From the human T2T-CHM13v2.0 reference genome, Homo sapiens, in NCBI RefSeq assembly GCF_009914755.1, contig NC_060937.1: a stretch of DNA of 64,000 nt, one strand, 5' to 3'. Shown one piece after another: positions 1-15,279 of this stretch. Both the position numbers and the translations under genes were made by a program. Every line of letters starts with the position of its first letter. The first letter of the stretch is position 1. The notes beneath the pieces were generated by a model that saw only the letters and a list, made by a program, of their open reading frames with translations, ran no database searches and was not told the DNA's origin.

Positions 1-754
1 AGTATAAAATTCCTGAGTTCTGGTGGAAGCATAAAGGACAAGAATAGTAATACTTTGCCCATTATTGTTTAAGATAGAAATACTTTTAAAATAGGGACTA
101 ATTCAAAAGGAGTTAGAATATGTCTCTCTGTCCTTCACCTACCAAACCTCTTTTCAAGCCATTGTAGTGAGGTTTTTTCATTCTTCACAGTCAAATGAAT
201 CAGAATTTTGTATCCCCTCCCCTCCTCCTGGGTTAAGATCAAGGGAGTGCTTCCTCCTACTCTATGCCATGTAAGAAGGACTTGAGAGAAAGTACAGTGT
301 TTGTCAGAAAGGAAGCCTGACATCTCACCCTGGCTGACTGTTAGCTGAGCTATAGAATCCCATCTGTTCTTGCAACACCATGGGAGCAGAGCCAAGGGCA
401 GAGAGGCTAGGGAGAAGTCAAACTACATCCTCTAGAGTCTGGACCTAGAGATCAAGCCCTGGCTGTAGCTTGGAAAATCTTAAAAGCAAGAGGCTTGTGG
501 AGAAGCCCCAAAGGCAGACCAATGATAGAAGGCCACAGTGGGAGCGTCGTGTACATCCAGATTTTGAAGAGGCAGAGGTGCAAGTTTTCTCATGGGCTAA
601 CTGGACATGGTGACAAGTTTAGAGGTATCTTGAAAGTCCACTGCCTAAGAGATCTGATGGTCAGTACAAGATGGTTTCAATAGTCAGGCTGAATGGCATA
701 TTCTACTGGGGTAGGGAAGTGAGGTGCATAGTCTGGGAATGGTGTTGGAGATGC

Positions 755-782
755 TGTGCGTGTGTGTGTGTGTGTGTGTGTG
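755..782. repeat. (TG)n microsatellite
   Basis: Direct reading of a tgtgtg run. Confidence 0.95.
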
Positions 783-833
783 CGCACACATGTGTTTGTG
801 TATGTTTTGGGTTGAGGTCTTTCCCCATAGTCC

Positions 834-892
834 TGTGTCCAGAATTTATTCCTTCTGGTGGGTTCTTGGTCTTGCTGACTTCAAGAATGAAG
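834..892 (-). mobile_element. Inverted 59-bp copy of the LTR12 U5 (3') end
   Basis: tgtgtccagaatttattccttctggtgggttcttggtcttgctgacttcaagaatgaag is the reverse complement of about 1404-1462, with a few transitions. Confidence 0.9.
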
Positions 893-894
893 AT

Positions 895-1462
895 TGAGAG
901 GTGAAGCCAGCTGGACTTCCTGGGTTGAGTGGGGACTCGGAGAACTTTTCTGTCTAGCTAGAGGATTGTAAACGTACCAATCAGCACTCTGTGTCTAGCT
1001 AAAGGGTTGTAAATGCACCAATCAGCACTCTGTAAAAATGCACCAATCAGCACTCTGTGTCTAGCTAAAGGATTGTAAAAGCACCAATCAGTGCTCTGTA
1101 AAATGGACCAATCAGCAGGATGTGGGTGGGGACAAATAAGAGAATAAAAGCTGGCCACCCCCAGCCAACAGTGGCAACCAGCTGTGGTCCCCTTCCACGC
1201 TGTGGAAGCTTTGTTCTTTCACTCTTCATAATAAATCTGGCTGCTGCTCACTGGGTCCGCACTACCTCTATGAGCTGTAACACTCACAGGAGGCTCTGCG
1301 GCTTAATTCCTGAAGTCAGTGAGACCACGAACCGACTGAGAGGAACAAACAACTCTGGACGTGCCACCTTTAAGAGCTGTAACACTCACTGCGAGGTCCG
1401 TGGCTTCATTCTTGAAGTCAGTGAGACCAAGAACCCACTGGAAGGAATAAATTCTAGACACG
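895..1462 (+). mobile_element. ERV9 solo LTR (LTR12F-like)
   Basis: Starts tgagaggtgaagccagctgg. Has five ACCAATCAG repeats with tctagctaaagg units, AATAAAA at about 1143 and tandem gctgtaacactcac repeats. Ends gagaccaagaacccac...agacacg. Confidence 0.93.
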
Positions 1463-1521
1463 GTCCCATTCTCAGACTTACTCAATCTTACTTGTTGAGA
1501 AGCTAGAAAAAGAAGTTAGTG

Positions 1522-1833
<312 letters not shown>

Positions 1834-1883
1834 TTAGCCATGGGACAGGCAAAGGAATAAGGAAGACCTAGCTAAAAAGCTGC

Positions 1884-2218
1884 TATCTTTGTCTGTTTGT
1901 GCTACTATAACAAAATACTTCAGACTGGGTAATTTATAAATAAGAGAAATTTATTTATCATATTTTCAGATGCAGGGAGGCCCGAGATCAAGGGACTGGG
2001 AGATTCAGTATCTAGCGAGGGCTCTGTCTCTGTTTCCAGGATGATGCTTTGAATGCTGTGTCCTCACATGACAGAAGGACAGAAAAAGAGGAATAGTTCC
2101 CCCATACCACTTTTTCTAAGAGCACCCATCACCTCCTGAAGGCCTTACCTCTTAATACTATCACATTGGGATTAAATATCAACATATGAATTTTGGAGGA
2201 CACATATACCCCATAGCA
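1884..2218 (-). mobile_element. MaLR LTR (MSTC/MSTD/MLT1A-like)
   Basis: gctactataacaaaatacttcagactgggtaatttataaa ... atcacattggg ... ccatagca, typical of reverse-strand MaLR LTRs. Confidence 0.8.
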
Positions 2219-2529
2219 GCTGTGTTACTGAAATGATCAGGTTGTCTGTTGTACTCAATGCCATTGAGGCCCTTCTAGACCTCCTTTTCACCTAATACAG
2301 CAGTCTGGCAGCTGCTATAAGTGGTTTCTGCTAATAGCTCACAGCTTTCCTGTGCTGCTGAGAATTGTGCTTGGCCAAATAGGAGCCATCTCACCCAGGA
2401 AGCTATGAATGCCGCCTTAGTAAACCTAAGACATCTAGTATTTTACAGGAATTGTTGAATTTCTGCTGCTGCTGGTATAGGATGTTAAAAATGTTAGAAG
2501 TATTTTGGGGGGCTGTATATTTCTGGCAA

Positions 2530-3405
2530 TCGTGAACTAAAAACAGCTAAACAAAATATTATTTTCTAAAAAGTCTACCAAATCAACTAGAACTTTAGTG
2601 GCCAAGGTGTTGGAGACAAGAGAAGTACACAGAGGAAATGATTTTCAGGGCTGCTTTTTCCCTTTAAGGCATTTGCCAATTCCAGAGCAGCAGCAGAGAG
2701 GCTGAGAAATTGAGCAGAAATTGATGGCTGAAAGGTCAAGAAGGCAAAAGAGCTCCTGGTGGTCTCATGGGCTAGTGGACAAAAATTGGAATTCAGAGCC
2801 CGCTCGAGTACGGAGATCTTGGCAAACCCTCCAGGGTTTTAATTAGGACTTTGGATCGGCTACTCCATAGGAGTGAGGGTGGACTAGTAATAGACCAGCC
2901 ACACAAAGCTGAGCACAGATTTAAATCAGTTCATTCTCAAGTCAGAGTAAGATGATCTTTCCTTACCCTGTCAGAAGCAAAAGTAAATGCTGTCTTGAAG
3001 AAGCTGACGTTATCCAGAATTCCAAACGACTTCTCAAACGAAAGTTTATGTGTGGCATTTAATAAAAAGTTACCAGGGCACTAGTAGAATGGTGAACTAA
3101 AACCATCTATACAAAATGTACTTTCTAAAAGTCTGTTTGAAGAAATTAGAGGAAAGCTTAATGTTTCTGGAAACCAGGAGAAAAAAAAACAGTAAAAATA
3201 GACTTAGAGGAGATGCAGGTATTGAAATTATCTGACATAAACTTAATAAACATGATGAAAATAAAAAGCAAGGTGGAGAATTTAAGAGAATAACTTTTTA
3301 AAAACTCAAAAAGAAATTCTAGAAATGAAAAATAACAACTGACATTAATAACTCCCTAGATAGGTTTAATAGCAGACCAAAAATAAAACAACAACAAAAA
3401 AACCA

Positions 3406-3441
<36 letters not shown>

Positions 3442-5225
3442 AAACCTGCTAAAGAGAGAATTGGCACTCTGAAAAATAAAGCAGAAGAAAATCTCAGCAT
3501 AAGACAAATATGGAATGTGGTGGATAGGCCAAACAGTATGTACATTTAGAACCTGTCAATAAAATTTCTGCTAGAGAAGCCATGATTGAAGGGATAATGG
3601 CTAAGAAGTCTCCAAAAATAACGAAAGATACCCAGAGTCCAGAAGCACTACAACTCTCTACTAGGATACGTATAAAACATACCATACCTAGCCATATCAT
3701 AGTACAATTGCCACAAACCAAAGAAAAAAGAATCTTAAAAGCAGACAGAAGCCAAAATAAAACTAATGCGACTACTCTAAAGAAAAATGGAAGCTAACAA
3801 ATTATTCAAAGTTAAAAAATTGCTTCAAATTATTTATTTAAACTTTTGAAGAAAATAAACTGTTAACCTAGGATTCCATCCCGGTAAAAAATCATTTAAA
3901 AAATAAAGCAAACTAAATAACTTTAGGCCAACAAAAACTGAGATAATTTTATTATCCAGCTGACTTGTATGATAGTAAATACTAGAGCAAGTTCTTGAGA
4001 CAGATCCAGCCAGAAACAGGGAGAAAATGAAAAGCAATGCAAAAAATAAATATATGGGTAAGTCTAGATAAATAGTGAAAGTATATGATAATGATGATGA
4101 CAATGATAATGTTTTGTGGGGTTTACATATCTATGGGATAGACACATGAGAAAAACAGAAAAGGCTGGAGAACAGATCAATGGAATGGAATGGAATTATC
4201 CTCAGGTCTTTTCATTATGTCATGGGAAAGGTCAATAATGCATGTTTTATTCTAGGGTAAACCCTAAAAGAATAGTAAGAGTATAACAAACAAGATAATA
4301 AAAGGGGAAATGGAATAATGCAAAATATTTAATGAAAAAAATAAGGCAACAATGAGAGCAAAGGAAACACGGGACATGTTGGGGGAAAATAGACAATGTA
4401 CAGCATGATGGTAGATTTAGACCCATATACATCAGTAAATGGATTAAATGAAAAGACTAAATATTCCAGTTGAAAGACAAGTATAAACTAGATTAGAAAA
4501 CTTTATTTTGCTTATATTAAACAACTTCAAAAGTGAAAAGGCAAAAAGGTTGACAGTAAAAGGATGACAAAGGTATTTCTTGCTCACATTAATCAAAACA
4601 AAGCTTTTTTGCTAAATTCATAGCAGACCAAATAAATATTAAGGCAATAGACATTAAGATATTAATAAATATTGAGATATTAATAGATATTAAGGTGAGA
4701 AAAATTAGTAGACGAATATTTCAGAACAATAAAGTGGTTAATTTGCCAGGGAGTAATACTGACATGACAATATTACGTGGATGTAATAACAAGCCTCAAA
4801 ATTTATTAAGTAAAACTGACAGAACAAAAAAAGAGAATAAGATAAATTCACGATAGTTTTAGATAATTCTAATATACCTCTTTCAATGACTGACTGAATA
4901 AGCAGAGAAAAAAATTATTAAGGATATAGAATAATTTAACAACATATCCAACATACTAACTCAATTGACATACATAAAACACTACATCCAACAACTGCAG
5001 TGGAACCTAAGACAAGTCCCAGTGAATTTCCACACATTAAATTTATACAGGGCATGTTCTTTGATCACAGTAAAATTAAGCTGAAAATTAATAATAAAAA
5101 AGGTAACTAGAAAATCCCTAGGTGTTTGGAAATTAAGCAATATACTTCTAAATAAACCATGGGTCAAAGAAGAAATCACAATAGAAATGAGAACTTATTT
5201 AGGTTTTAGAAGATGACGAATATTG
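2530..5225 (+). mobile_element. Old L1M fragment (5' region, ORF1 and start of ORF2), decayed
   Basis: A-rich strand. ORF1-like peptide PSHIIVQL...KEKRILKA at 3582-3797. ORF2 endonuclease-end motif ggaaattaagcaatatacttctaaataaaccatgggtcaaagaagaaatcaca. The 5' boundary is uncertain. Confidence 0.75.
3386..3444. repeat. (CAA)n microsatellite
   Basis: Direct reading. Confidence 0.9.
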
Positions 5226-5520
5226 TGCTAAAATGAATACTGTAGGAGTCAAGTAGCTAGCCCAACGAAATGAAGTAGATTCTTTCTTTTTCATTCTCTT
5301 TCTGTTAAAATTTCAGGGAATTGTGTATCTGTGGTGCAGAAATGTCATGGTAGGGCTTTTGAAGTGTTTGTTTTGTGGTTGAGTGTATTATAGATCAAAT
5401 GGCCAATTTAGAGTAGCTTTCTGGGACAAATAATAATAATAATATTAAAAACATTGACTGTTATGCTCAGGTGTAAAAGTGATTATTTCTATCACCCCAA
5501 AGATCTGTAAAATGGCCTGA

Positions 5521-5772
<252 letters not shown>

Positions 5773-7524
5773 TAACCCCATGACCTCCCTAAGGACTGGG
5801 ATCCCTGGCCTTTTCCTCTTCTAATTGATGTAAAATGTTACTTTTCTGTGGATACAATTTGGCCGAGTTTTAGGAGCACAGTGAAGCACTTCACACCAGT
5901 ATTTAACCAAGCACACTGTGCATAATAATTAAGAATCCTGCTATCTGTTTCCTTGAATGTGAAGGAAAGGGATAGAACAAAATGAGACAAACTAGATACT
6001 AGATGTTTTTGTGTGCACAATAAGGACAAAGATGGTCTTTTAATGAAAACTTTTTTTTAAGTGGGCAAACTTGCAAAAGGTTGTTCCTTTGTAGAAAATA
6101 TTACATTATTAAATAATAGTAATCATGCCAGTAAGTAATGAAATGGAGGGTGATGCTCTTTGCTTCTCTTTCCATCCCTCTGATGAAGATCATAAGTTTC
6201 CAATGCCAAAAACATTAAAGGTTTGTCATACTAGAGACCTTAAGAAGCCCATGAGGTCAAGACTTATGTGATGGCATTAATTGCTGTGCTCTGAGGACCA
6301 TAGTCTAACATAGCAGGTTAACACAAATTAAATGTCATAGATTAATCACAAGAGCTAAATTTAGGGAGTTAAGGAGCTCATTTATTCCTCCCATATCCCT
6401 ACCATAGCTTTAACCTCCAAGGCAAACTACCACCTCATCAGCTGCAAAACACTGCTGGCTTCTATTAGAAATGCAAAATGTTTCCTTGATGTTAGGATGA
6501 AGGGGCTGCATTTGTAATATTGTGCTCATAAAACAAACTTCATTCTTTCTCAAGTAATTGGCTTCCTGCTGACAGGAGCTCTAAAGAGATATCTGACAAG
6601 AGTTTGAATTGGTGTGTTAGTACCTTTCTTATGTATTTCTCTCCATGCTCTGTTTATATTTCCTCCTGTTAGCACACTCTTCTTCACTTGCTAAAGATGA
6701 ATTTGGATTTCTAATGTCTTCCTGTATAGACTTATTAGTGATTTGTAGTTGTATAGAGTTCTCATGACTATATAACTGTAAAATTTGTGGTTAGGCTAGA
6801 ACACATTAAATCATAAGGTCCTGGTCTGAGCAGCCCCAAATGTCCCTAGGATTTTGACACCAGAGCAAGTTTTCTTTTTCTGGTATACTTTGGTTTGTTC
6901 TGAAAGACTCACTTGGATTTTATATGATGCAAAAGACAGTTCTATTTTCAGTGTCCTGCCTTTTAACCTACTATAGAACCCAATTTGAATGCTCTTTCGG
7001 AGGACAGATCAAACTTACTTTAAAGTGATTGCTTTTGGGGGAAAACATCCCAGATTGTAAAATGCTGACACTGAAGTGGTTCTGAGGCACATATTAGTAG
7101 GTAACTAAATCAGAATGAAAACATTTCTGAAGATGACCGCCATGTTAAAGCAATGATGGAGGTGCTGAAATTCCTTGGTATCAGGGTCACTTGGTGGAAT
7201 CAGGGCTCAGGGATGCTCTGGATGAAATAATGAGTGAGAGAATTCAGAAATAAGTTTTTCCATCCATCGTTAGAATAACACTCCCTCCTCATTCCCACAC
7301 ATTCTTAAGCCATGGGGTAGGATTACTGGGACAAAATCCTTTCCTATCAAACTCTTTAAAGACTAGAGGAACGAAATCTCAAATATCTTCTGCCTCCTAT
7401 TTATCAATTTGGAAAGTTCACATTTAAAATCTGTGACTATAATGCAGATCTTAAATATATAAAGTAAAACAGCAGTGTGAGAGACTCAAGTGCATAAAGG
7501 CAGGACTGAATCTCATGAAAATCA

Positions 7525-7853
<329 letters not shown>

Positions 7854-8334
7854 TCACTAAAGAAAATCACTTGATCTTTCTGGGCCTGCTTCTTCATGTG
7901 TAATCTGAAGGGTTTGGAAACATGTTAGAGAGCCCATGAGTCTGTGAATTACGCCTAAAGTATTTATCAGACTTGGATTAGGTGTTACAAGAAACCAACC
8001 TATATAGGCAGGGTTGATATTCTAAATATTTACCAACCTTATAAGTACTCAACAGTCAAAATGGAGGCTTGCTATAAACAGCCAGTAGCTCTGCACCTGT
8101 GCGTGCTAGGTAAATATCAACTACACTTTTGGGAATGGAGCCCTGGACTCAAACTGTTTAAGCAGAAAGACCTTAGGACTCACCAGTCCATCTGCCTGAT
8201 TTTACACACTGTTGCAACCTCTGTTAAAGAAGAACATTGTGATACTGAAAAATTGCAGCAGAAGGATGACACAAATGCATGAAGGCTTAGGTACATGAAT
8301 AGATATCTCAATAAATGTGATAGATTATTATAAT

Positions 8335-8797
8335 AATGGCATTAATGAATCACACCTCCTTGTATCTACACCCTCTATTAATCCTTTCCCACAGTAACTC
8401 TGGGCTCAGCCATGTGACTTGTTTTGATGGTAATGGGACATTAGCAAATGTGACACAAGCAGAGGCTCAACAAATGCTTGCTCATTAGCGTTTACCCTAT
8501 CTTTTGTTACTTTTGGATCATAGCCACTATTAGGAGACTTCTGGCCTGCTGGTGACATATGGCCCAACTGACAGCCAGCACCACCCACCAGACTTGCGAG
8601 TGAGGCTTAGACTAACAAACACCATTTGAGCTGACAGATGACTGTGGCAACGTGAGTGACCCCAAGTGAGACCAGAAAAGATACCACCCAACTGAGCTCA
8701 GCCCAAACTGCTGACCCACAGAATCAGAGCAAATGAAATGTTGGTTACTTAAGCCACGAAATGTTGGTTTGATTCACTGCAACAGATACTTGACACA
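8335..8797 (+). mobile_element. MLT1F/G-like MaLR LTR
   Basis: catgtgacttgttttg...atgggacattagcaaatgtgacacaagcagaggct; agcccaaactgctgacccacagaatc. Confidence 0.75.
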
Positions 8798-9399
8798 GCA
8801 AGAAAAAGATCTATAAGTTGGGGAGGAACATTCTGAAGGGGAAGTTGATGGGAGGAAAGACAGTGGTGATATCCTCCACCATTTTCCTAATTGAAGTTGG
8901 AACCAAGGATTTGTGTCTAGTTCCTATGAACAGGTCTCTTGCTTCCCAGATTTACCAAGGAGCTCCTTCATACTCATCTTTCTGGTCAAGCACACTTAGT
9001 TCCAGGAAAAACTCAGCTAACTAGTGGAATCCTAATCACTCTCAGTGAAGAAACACGGGTGGATTTCCTGCTTCCATTTCCCTTTCAGAATGTGACAGGG
9101 GACAACTGTTCTGGCCTTTTCTTGTTGATTCAGCAGGTGGCTACCAGCAAAAAAATTCATGGAATACTATGAGAATAAATAGAGTTCTTGGGAAAAGGTA
9201 AGAAGATAAGATCTAAAAATGACTGAAAAACATGGAAGATTTTTTCCCAAATGTCCATATAAGACCTGCAACCTTCCTGCTTTCAACACTACTTTGATAC
9301 AATAAAAAATCAATTGTATAATCGTACTAAAGCTTCTGAAGCCTTCCCTCTGGCAGCCACAGGTCAAAGAGTTCATATAAAACAAAGTCCTGAGGACTT

Positions 9400-10052
<653 letters not shown>

Positions 10053-10432
10053 TGTATTAGTTCATTCTCACACTGCTGATAAAGACATATCTGAGACTGG
10101 GCAATTTGTAAAGGAAAGAGGTTTAATTGACTGACAGTTCTGCATGGTTGGGGAGGCTTCAGGAAACTTACAATCATGGTGGAAGGGGAAGCAAACAGGT
10201 TCTTCTTCACATGGCAGCCAGAAGGAGAAGTGCTGAACAAATAGCACCTTATAAAATTATCAGATCTCATGAGAACTCACTATCATTAGAACAGCATGGG
10301 GAGACTGCTGCCATAATCTAATTACTTCCCACAAGGTCCCTCTTCCAACACATGGGGATTACAATCCAGATTACAATTTGAATTACAATTCAAGATAAGA
10401 TTTGGGTGGGGACACAGAGCCAGACCATATCA
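10053..10432 (-). mobile_element. MSTA/THE1D-like MaLR solo LTR
   Basis: tgtattagttcattctcacactgct ... gacacagagccagaccatatca; near-TSD atacc/acacc. Confidence 0.9.
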
Positions 10433-10679
10433 ACACCCCAGGCATTCATCTGAGGCAACAGAAATGTCACACTTTAGAATAAAGGATCATGTCTTGCGGT
10501 AGGCCCTACTCTGAACCTACCTTGATAAAGCCTAGAAAACCAAGCTTTGACAAGATTTGACAAGAGATGGAATTTGGAGGTTGAGTACACTAAGTTGGGG
10601 GAATGAGAAACAATAGGGCTTTTCACAGGCTAATAGGTTCAAATTTACTATCCAGTAATTAAATTGTCTGTGAAGGGCA

Positions 10680-13250
10680 TCACAAGAAGAAAAATTAATA
10701 AACTAATATCTTTCATTAACATAGATGCAAAAATTAAACATTTAAGCAAATCAAAACAAGTGGTATCTAAAAAAAAGGTAGGATATCATGCACAAATCAA
10801 GCTGGTCTTAGGAATACAAGACTAGTTTAACATTTGAAAACTAATTTATGTAATTAACTACCCTAAAAAAATATAGGAGAATATAATCATATGATAATCT
10901 CTCAATAAATACTGAAAAAAATTGACAAAATTTAACACCCACATATGATAAAATCTGTTAGCAAATAAAGAATAAAAAGGAATGTTCTAAAACCAATACA
11001 GATGTTATTCAATATATCTATAGCAAATATCATAGTTAATAGTGAAACACTGAATGCTTTTCTCTTAAACTGGGAACATGGCAAGGATGTCTGCTCTCAC
11101 TGCTTTTATTTGATGATATACTGGAAGTGCTAGCCAGTGGAATAAAGCAAGACAAAGGAATAAAAGAAATAAAGATGAGAAGGAAGAAGTGAGCTTGTCT
11201 TAGTTCACAAATGCCATGATTATCTATTTTGAAAAGTCAAGAAGGCTACAAAATACAAAAAAAAAAAAAAAAACAAAACTAGAATTAATGAATAAATTTA
11301 GTAATGCCCCAGGATGCATCCAATTAAAAAAACCCTATATTCCCGTATATTAGCAACAACAATTATTTAAAAAATAGTATTTAGTATAGCATCAGAAACA
11401 TAAAGCGCTTTTAAATAAATATAACAAAAGACTTAAGTCTTTCGTATTGAAAACAACAAACAACTCTGAGATAAATTTAAAAAATTCTAAATAAAGAGAT
11501 ATATCATGTTTATGGACTGACAATCTCAATATTGTTAAGACATTCATTTTTTTCTAAATTAAAATATAGATTCAGTGCAACCCCAACCATTTTTTTTTAT
11601 CCCAACCACTTTTTTTTTTTGTAGAAATTGAGAAGCTGATGCTAACGCTTGCACACAAATGCAAAAGACCTGGAATAATCAAAGTAATTTTAAACAAGAG
11701 AAATAAGGTGAAGGACTTATACTATCTGGTTTTATAACTTACTATAAGTGCAACAGTAATCAATCCTATTGGAATTAAGTATGAAATTGTCAGAAGGGCA
11801 GACATATAATCAATGGAATAAAACAGAATTCAGAAATAGAGCCCTACATATATGATCAATCCATTTTGACAAAGGCAACAAGATGATTCAATAGAAAAGG
11901 GACACTTTTTTCAACAAATGATAGTGTAAAAACTTGATAACCTTTTGAAAAAATAAATGTTTACCCATACTCTATGTCACACAGAAAAATTAAATTAAAA
12001 TGGATCATAGATCTAAATGTCAAAGCTAAAACTATCAAACTTCTAGAAAATAGAGTAAAAGAAAATCTGTGTCAAGTTCGAATAGAAAAAAATTTTCTAG
12101 ATAGGACACAAACAGGACTAATAATCAATTTAAAAGAGGATAATTTGAACTTTATGAAAATAAAAATCTTCAAAGTACATCATTAAAGGCAATCATAGAC
12201 TGAAAAAAATTCAATGAATATTTCTGACCAATAACTTGTGATCAGAATATACAAAAAACCCTTACAACTCAACAATAAGAATCAAACAACTCATTAAAAA
12301 TGGCAAAAGACTTAGCACTTCACAAAAGACACAAAGAACTTTTGCACTTTAATAAGAGGTTAAGAAGAAGATAATTCATTACAACAGGAAAAATATTTGA
12401 ACAAACACTGCACCAAGAAAATATAGAGATGGTTCATAAGGACATGAAAAGATGTTCAACATCATTATCCATCAGGGAAATGAAAATTAAAACCATGGTG
12501 GGATATCACTTTACACATACCTGAATGTAATAAATTTAAAAGACTGTAAATAGAAAATGCCAATGAGGATGTGGAGCAACTGGAAGCCTCACACACTGTT
12601 GGTGGAATGTAAAATTGCACACCATGATGGAAAATAGTTTCACAGTTATACAATTAAGCATACAATTAGTATATACTCCAGCAATTGCACTTGTAGGTAT
12701 TTACCCCCCGTCTTCAAGATAAAGAACATGTCCACAAAAACACTTGTACACAAACGTTCATAACTGCTTTATTCCTAAGAGCTAAAAACTGTAAACAATT
12801 TAAATGTCTACACAGGTGAATAATAAACATAAGTAGTATATTCATACAATAGAATGCTACTCAACAACAAAACAAACAACAAGCAAACAAAAATGGAATA
12901 CATGGAACAACATGGATGCATTTCAGAAATACTATACAGAGTGAAAGAAGAAAGACACAAAAGAGAACATATTGTATGATTCCATTTATATGAAATTAAA
13001 AAACTGGTAGAAGTAACACAGTGATAGGATTCAGATCAGGAGTTGCTTGGAGTGGGACTGACTACTAAGTGGCACTAAAGGAACTTTCTGGGATGATGGA
13101 AGTGTTCTATCTACATCTTAACCGTGGTGGCAATAGATACAGGTGTATACTCTTGCCAAAACTCACAGAGCTGTACACCTAAAATATATGCATTTTATTG
13201 TATGTAAAAGTTGGTTAAAAAATAAACACCCTTTATCAATAAAAATAACA
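10680..13250 (+). mobile_element. Old L1 (L1ME/L1MC-like) ORF2 3' part and 3' UTR
   Basis: ORF2-like peptide KWIIDLNVKAKTIKLLE at 11974-12186; aaaagatgttcaacatcatta; tgtatgattccatttatatgaa 3' UTR motif. Confidence 0.88.
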
Positions 13251-13479
13251 AAACAGCAGTAAGAAAAATAAAGCCTTCAGGAATGCCTCACTGAATGGTC
13301 CTCTTACTGAAGAAAAAAGGAATTATTTTTCATCTCCAATCAGTTATGAGGAATATGAAATATTGAATAAAAATATCATAAAATTTGAGGAGAATGTGAC
13401 TTTTAGCTCAAATACAACTATAATTAAACCTTTACACATTAACAAATTTAAGCTTCACAAAGGCAGGAGAGAAAGGCAT

Positions 13480-13625
13480 TAACTACCCCATCTTCGTATT
13501 AAAGAAAAAGAGCCTCAGAGAGGTTTTAAATATCTTGTCTAGAGTCATAGTAAGGTGGAAACTGGGATTCAAAACTCAGATATTTTGGCACTAAATCCAA
13601 TAACATTTCCACTATACTATGCTGT
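13480..13625 (-). mobile_element. MIR
   Basis: ccccatc...gcctcagagagg...cttgtctagagtcatag...gggattcaaaactcag core. Confidence 0.65.
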
Positions 13626-14097
13626 TTCTCTTCCTATTTACCCCTTTGAAAATATTTTCAATAACCAAAACTAACAATGTCCTTTCTGTTGCTAGGCCTT
13701 AAATTGCATTTCCTTTGATGCTATTAGATAGAAAAAGGCTTTTTCAGTTGGCACTAGTTTTTTTCTGAAATCTTCTCAATCACTAGCTTCCCGAAGATGT
13801 GGGGATCTTTATCTTCCTTGCAGAAAGTTTGGAATCTTTGAACAGTCAAATTAAATTAAATCTTATAACAGCATTTTCTCCCCCCAGCCTGCATTTCTAA
13901 TGAGAGCAGAAATTAGTACAACATTTCTGGAGAGCCAGTTGGCAATATGTATCAAAACTCTTGGCATATTCTTGGGCTGAGCAATTCTCCTTCTGGGAAT
14001 TTATCCCAAGGCAATTATTAGAGACGTGTGTATGGATGTGTGCACAAGGATGTAGCATTATTCACAATAGCAAAAAATTGAAAACAAGTTCAATGTC

Positions 14098-14545
14098 TGT
14101 GTCAGAGACTGTTGTTTTCCTTCCATTCTCATCTCTTCTTCCTTAGCAATAAGAATCCTGGGTTGTAGTTGGGTACATTGTTGCCCAGTAATGCATTTCA
14201 TACCTTGGCCCTCCTTTACAGCTCATTTGTGGTCATTCAAAATATTTTGTGTGACTTCTAAGAACTTGCCTTACAGGGAGGTTTTCTTTGACCTTTTTTC
14301 TTCCAGCCTACTGGATTGTGAATGTGATGGCTGGACTTGAAGCACACATGTTGGAACATGGGGCAACACTCTAAGGATGATGGAACAGCAAGACACAGGG
14401 ACTCTGGGTCCTGACACTGTGGGAATCAACCATACAAGCCTGGAGTCTTATTTTACATGAAGAAATTTAAACCTCATTCTAGTTTAAGCAACTGTATTTT
14501 AAATTTCCTGTCACAAACAGCCAAATCGAATCCCAACAAATGCAG
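14098..14545 (+). mobile_element. Old MLT1 (H/J-like) LTR
   Basis: gaatgtgatggctgga, ctctaaggatgatggaacagcaaga, tctagtttaagcaactgtatttt, acagccaaatcgaatccc. Confidence 0.6.
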
Positions 14546-15279
14546 TGTTCAACAGCAAAGGGAGAGTAAAATTGTGATATAGGCACAGGGTAGAATCCCA
14601 AGCAACTGCTCAAATGACATGAAAAAATTTGCTAAGAGGAAAAAAATAAGTGACATTCAAAAGAAGGATAAACAATATTTGCAAATATTTTTATTTTTAA
14701 AATATATACATACATATATGTATGTATATATAAGCAAATTTAATTGCAATTCGCTAATTTTAAAGAAAAAGGCCATACTAACAGATAAATTTTAAAATAT
14801 AGAAATTAAATATTGAGAAAGTTCTTGTCCCTGTTTGCATTTAAAAATATATGCTGTAGTTGTTATGTTGATGCATAAGTGGTTATAATTACTCTTAAGA
14901 CTGTATGTGAGCCAGTTATTTAGTAGATGGGCGAATGTATATACTTTACAGCTCCTACTGCTCAAAAAGCAGAGGGACATTCTAAAGATGACATCTAGTG
15001 GTTGCTGTGGTAACCTTATAGACTACATGTTAGAAATCTTTTATGTCAGTTTCTAGAGTTGAAATTGGCATATTCTTAGCTTTAACATACAAGAACAAGG
15101 CAATAACTTGCAGTTATTAACCCTTACAGGCTGTATTTGTGATAACTGTTCAGCCTATAGAGAGCAGTGGAGTCACAGTGGAAGTGTTCAAGAGCAGCCC
15201 TACAATGATTAAAGGATCTAAAACCTGTGTTAGAATTTTCATGGCAACCTTAAAGAACTGTCACTGCAGCTAACAATGA

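Noticed and set aside
960-1120. CRISPR-like periodic repeats (also 43330-43475)
   Set aside because: LTR12 enhancer repeats or a degenerate minisatellite in a primate genome; no unique spacers and no cas genes.
1120-1506. 128-aa ORF
   Set aside because: Lies almost entirely within LTR12 repeats; no coding signature.
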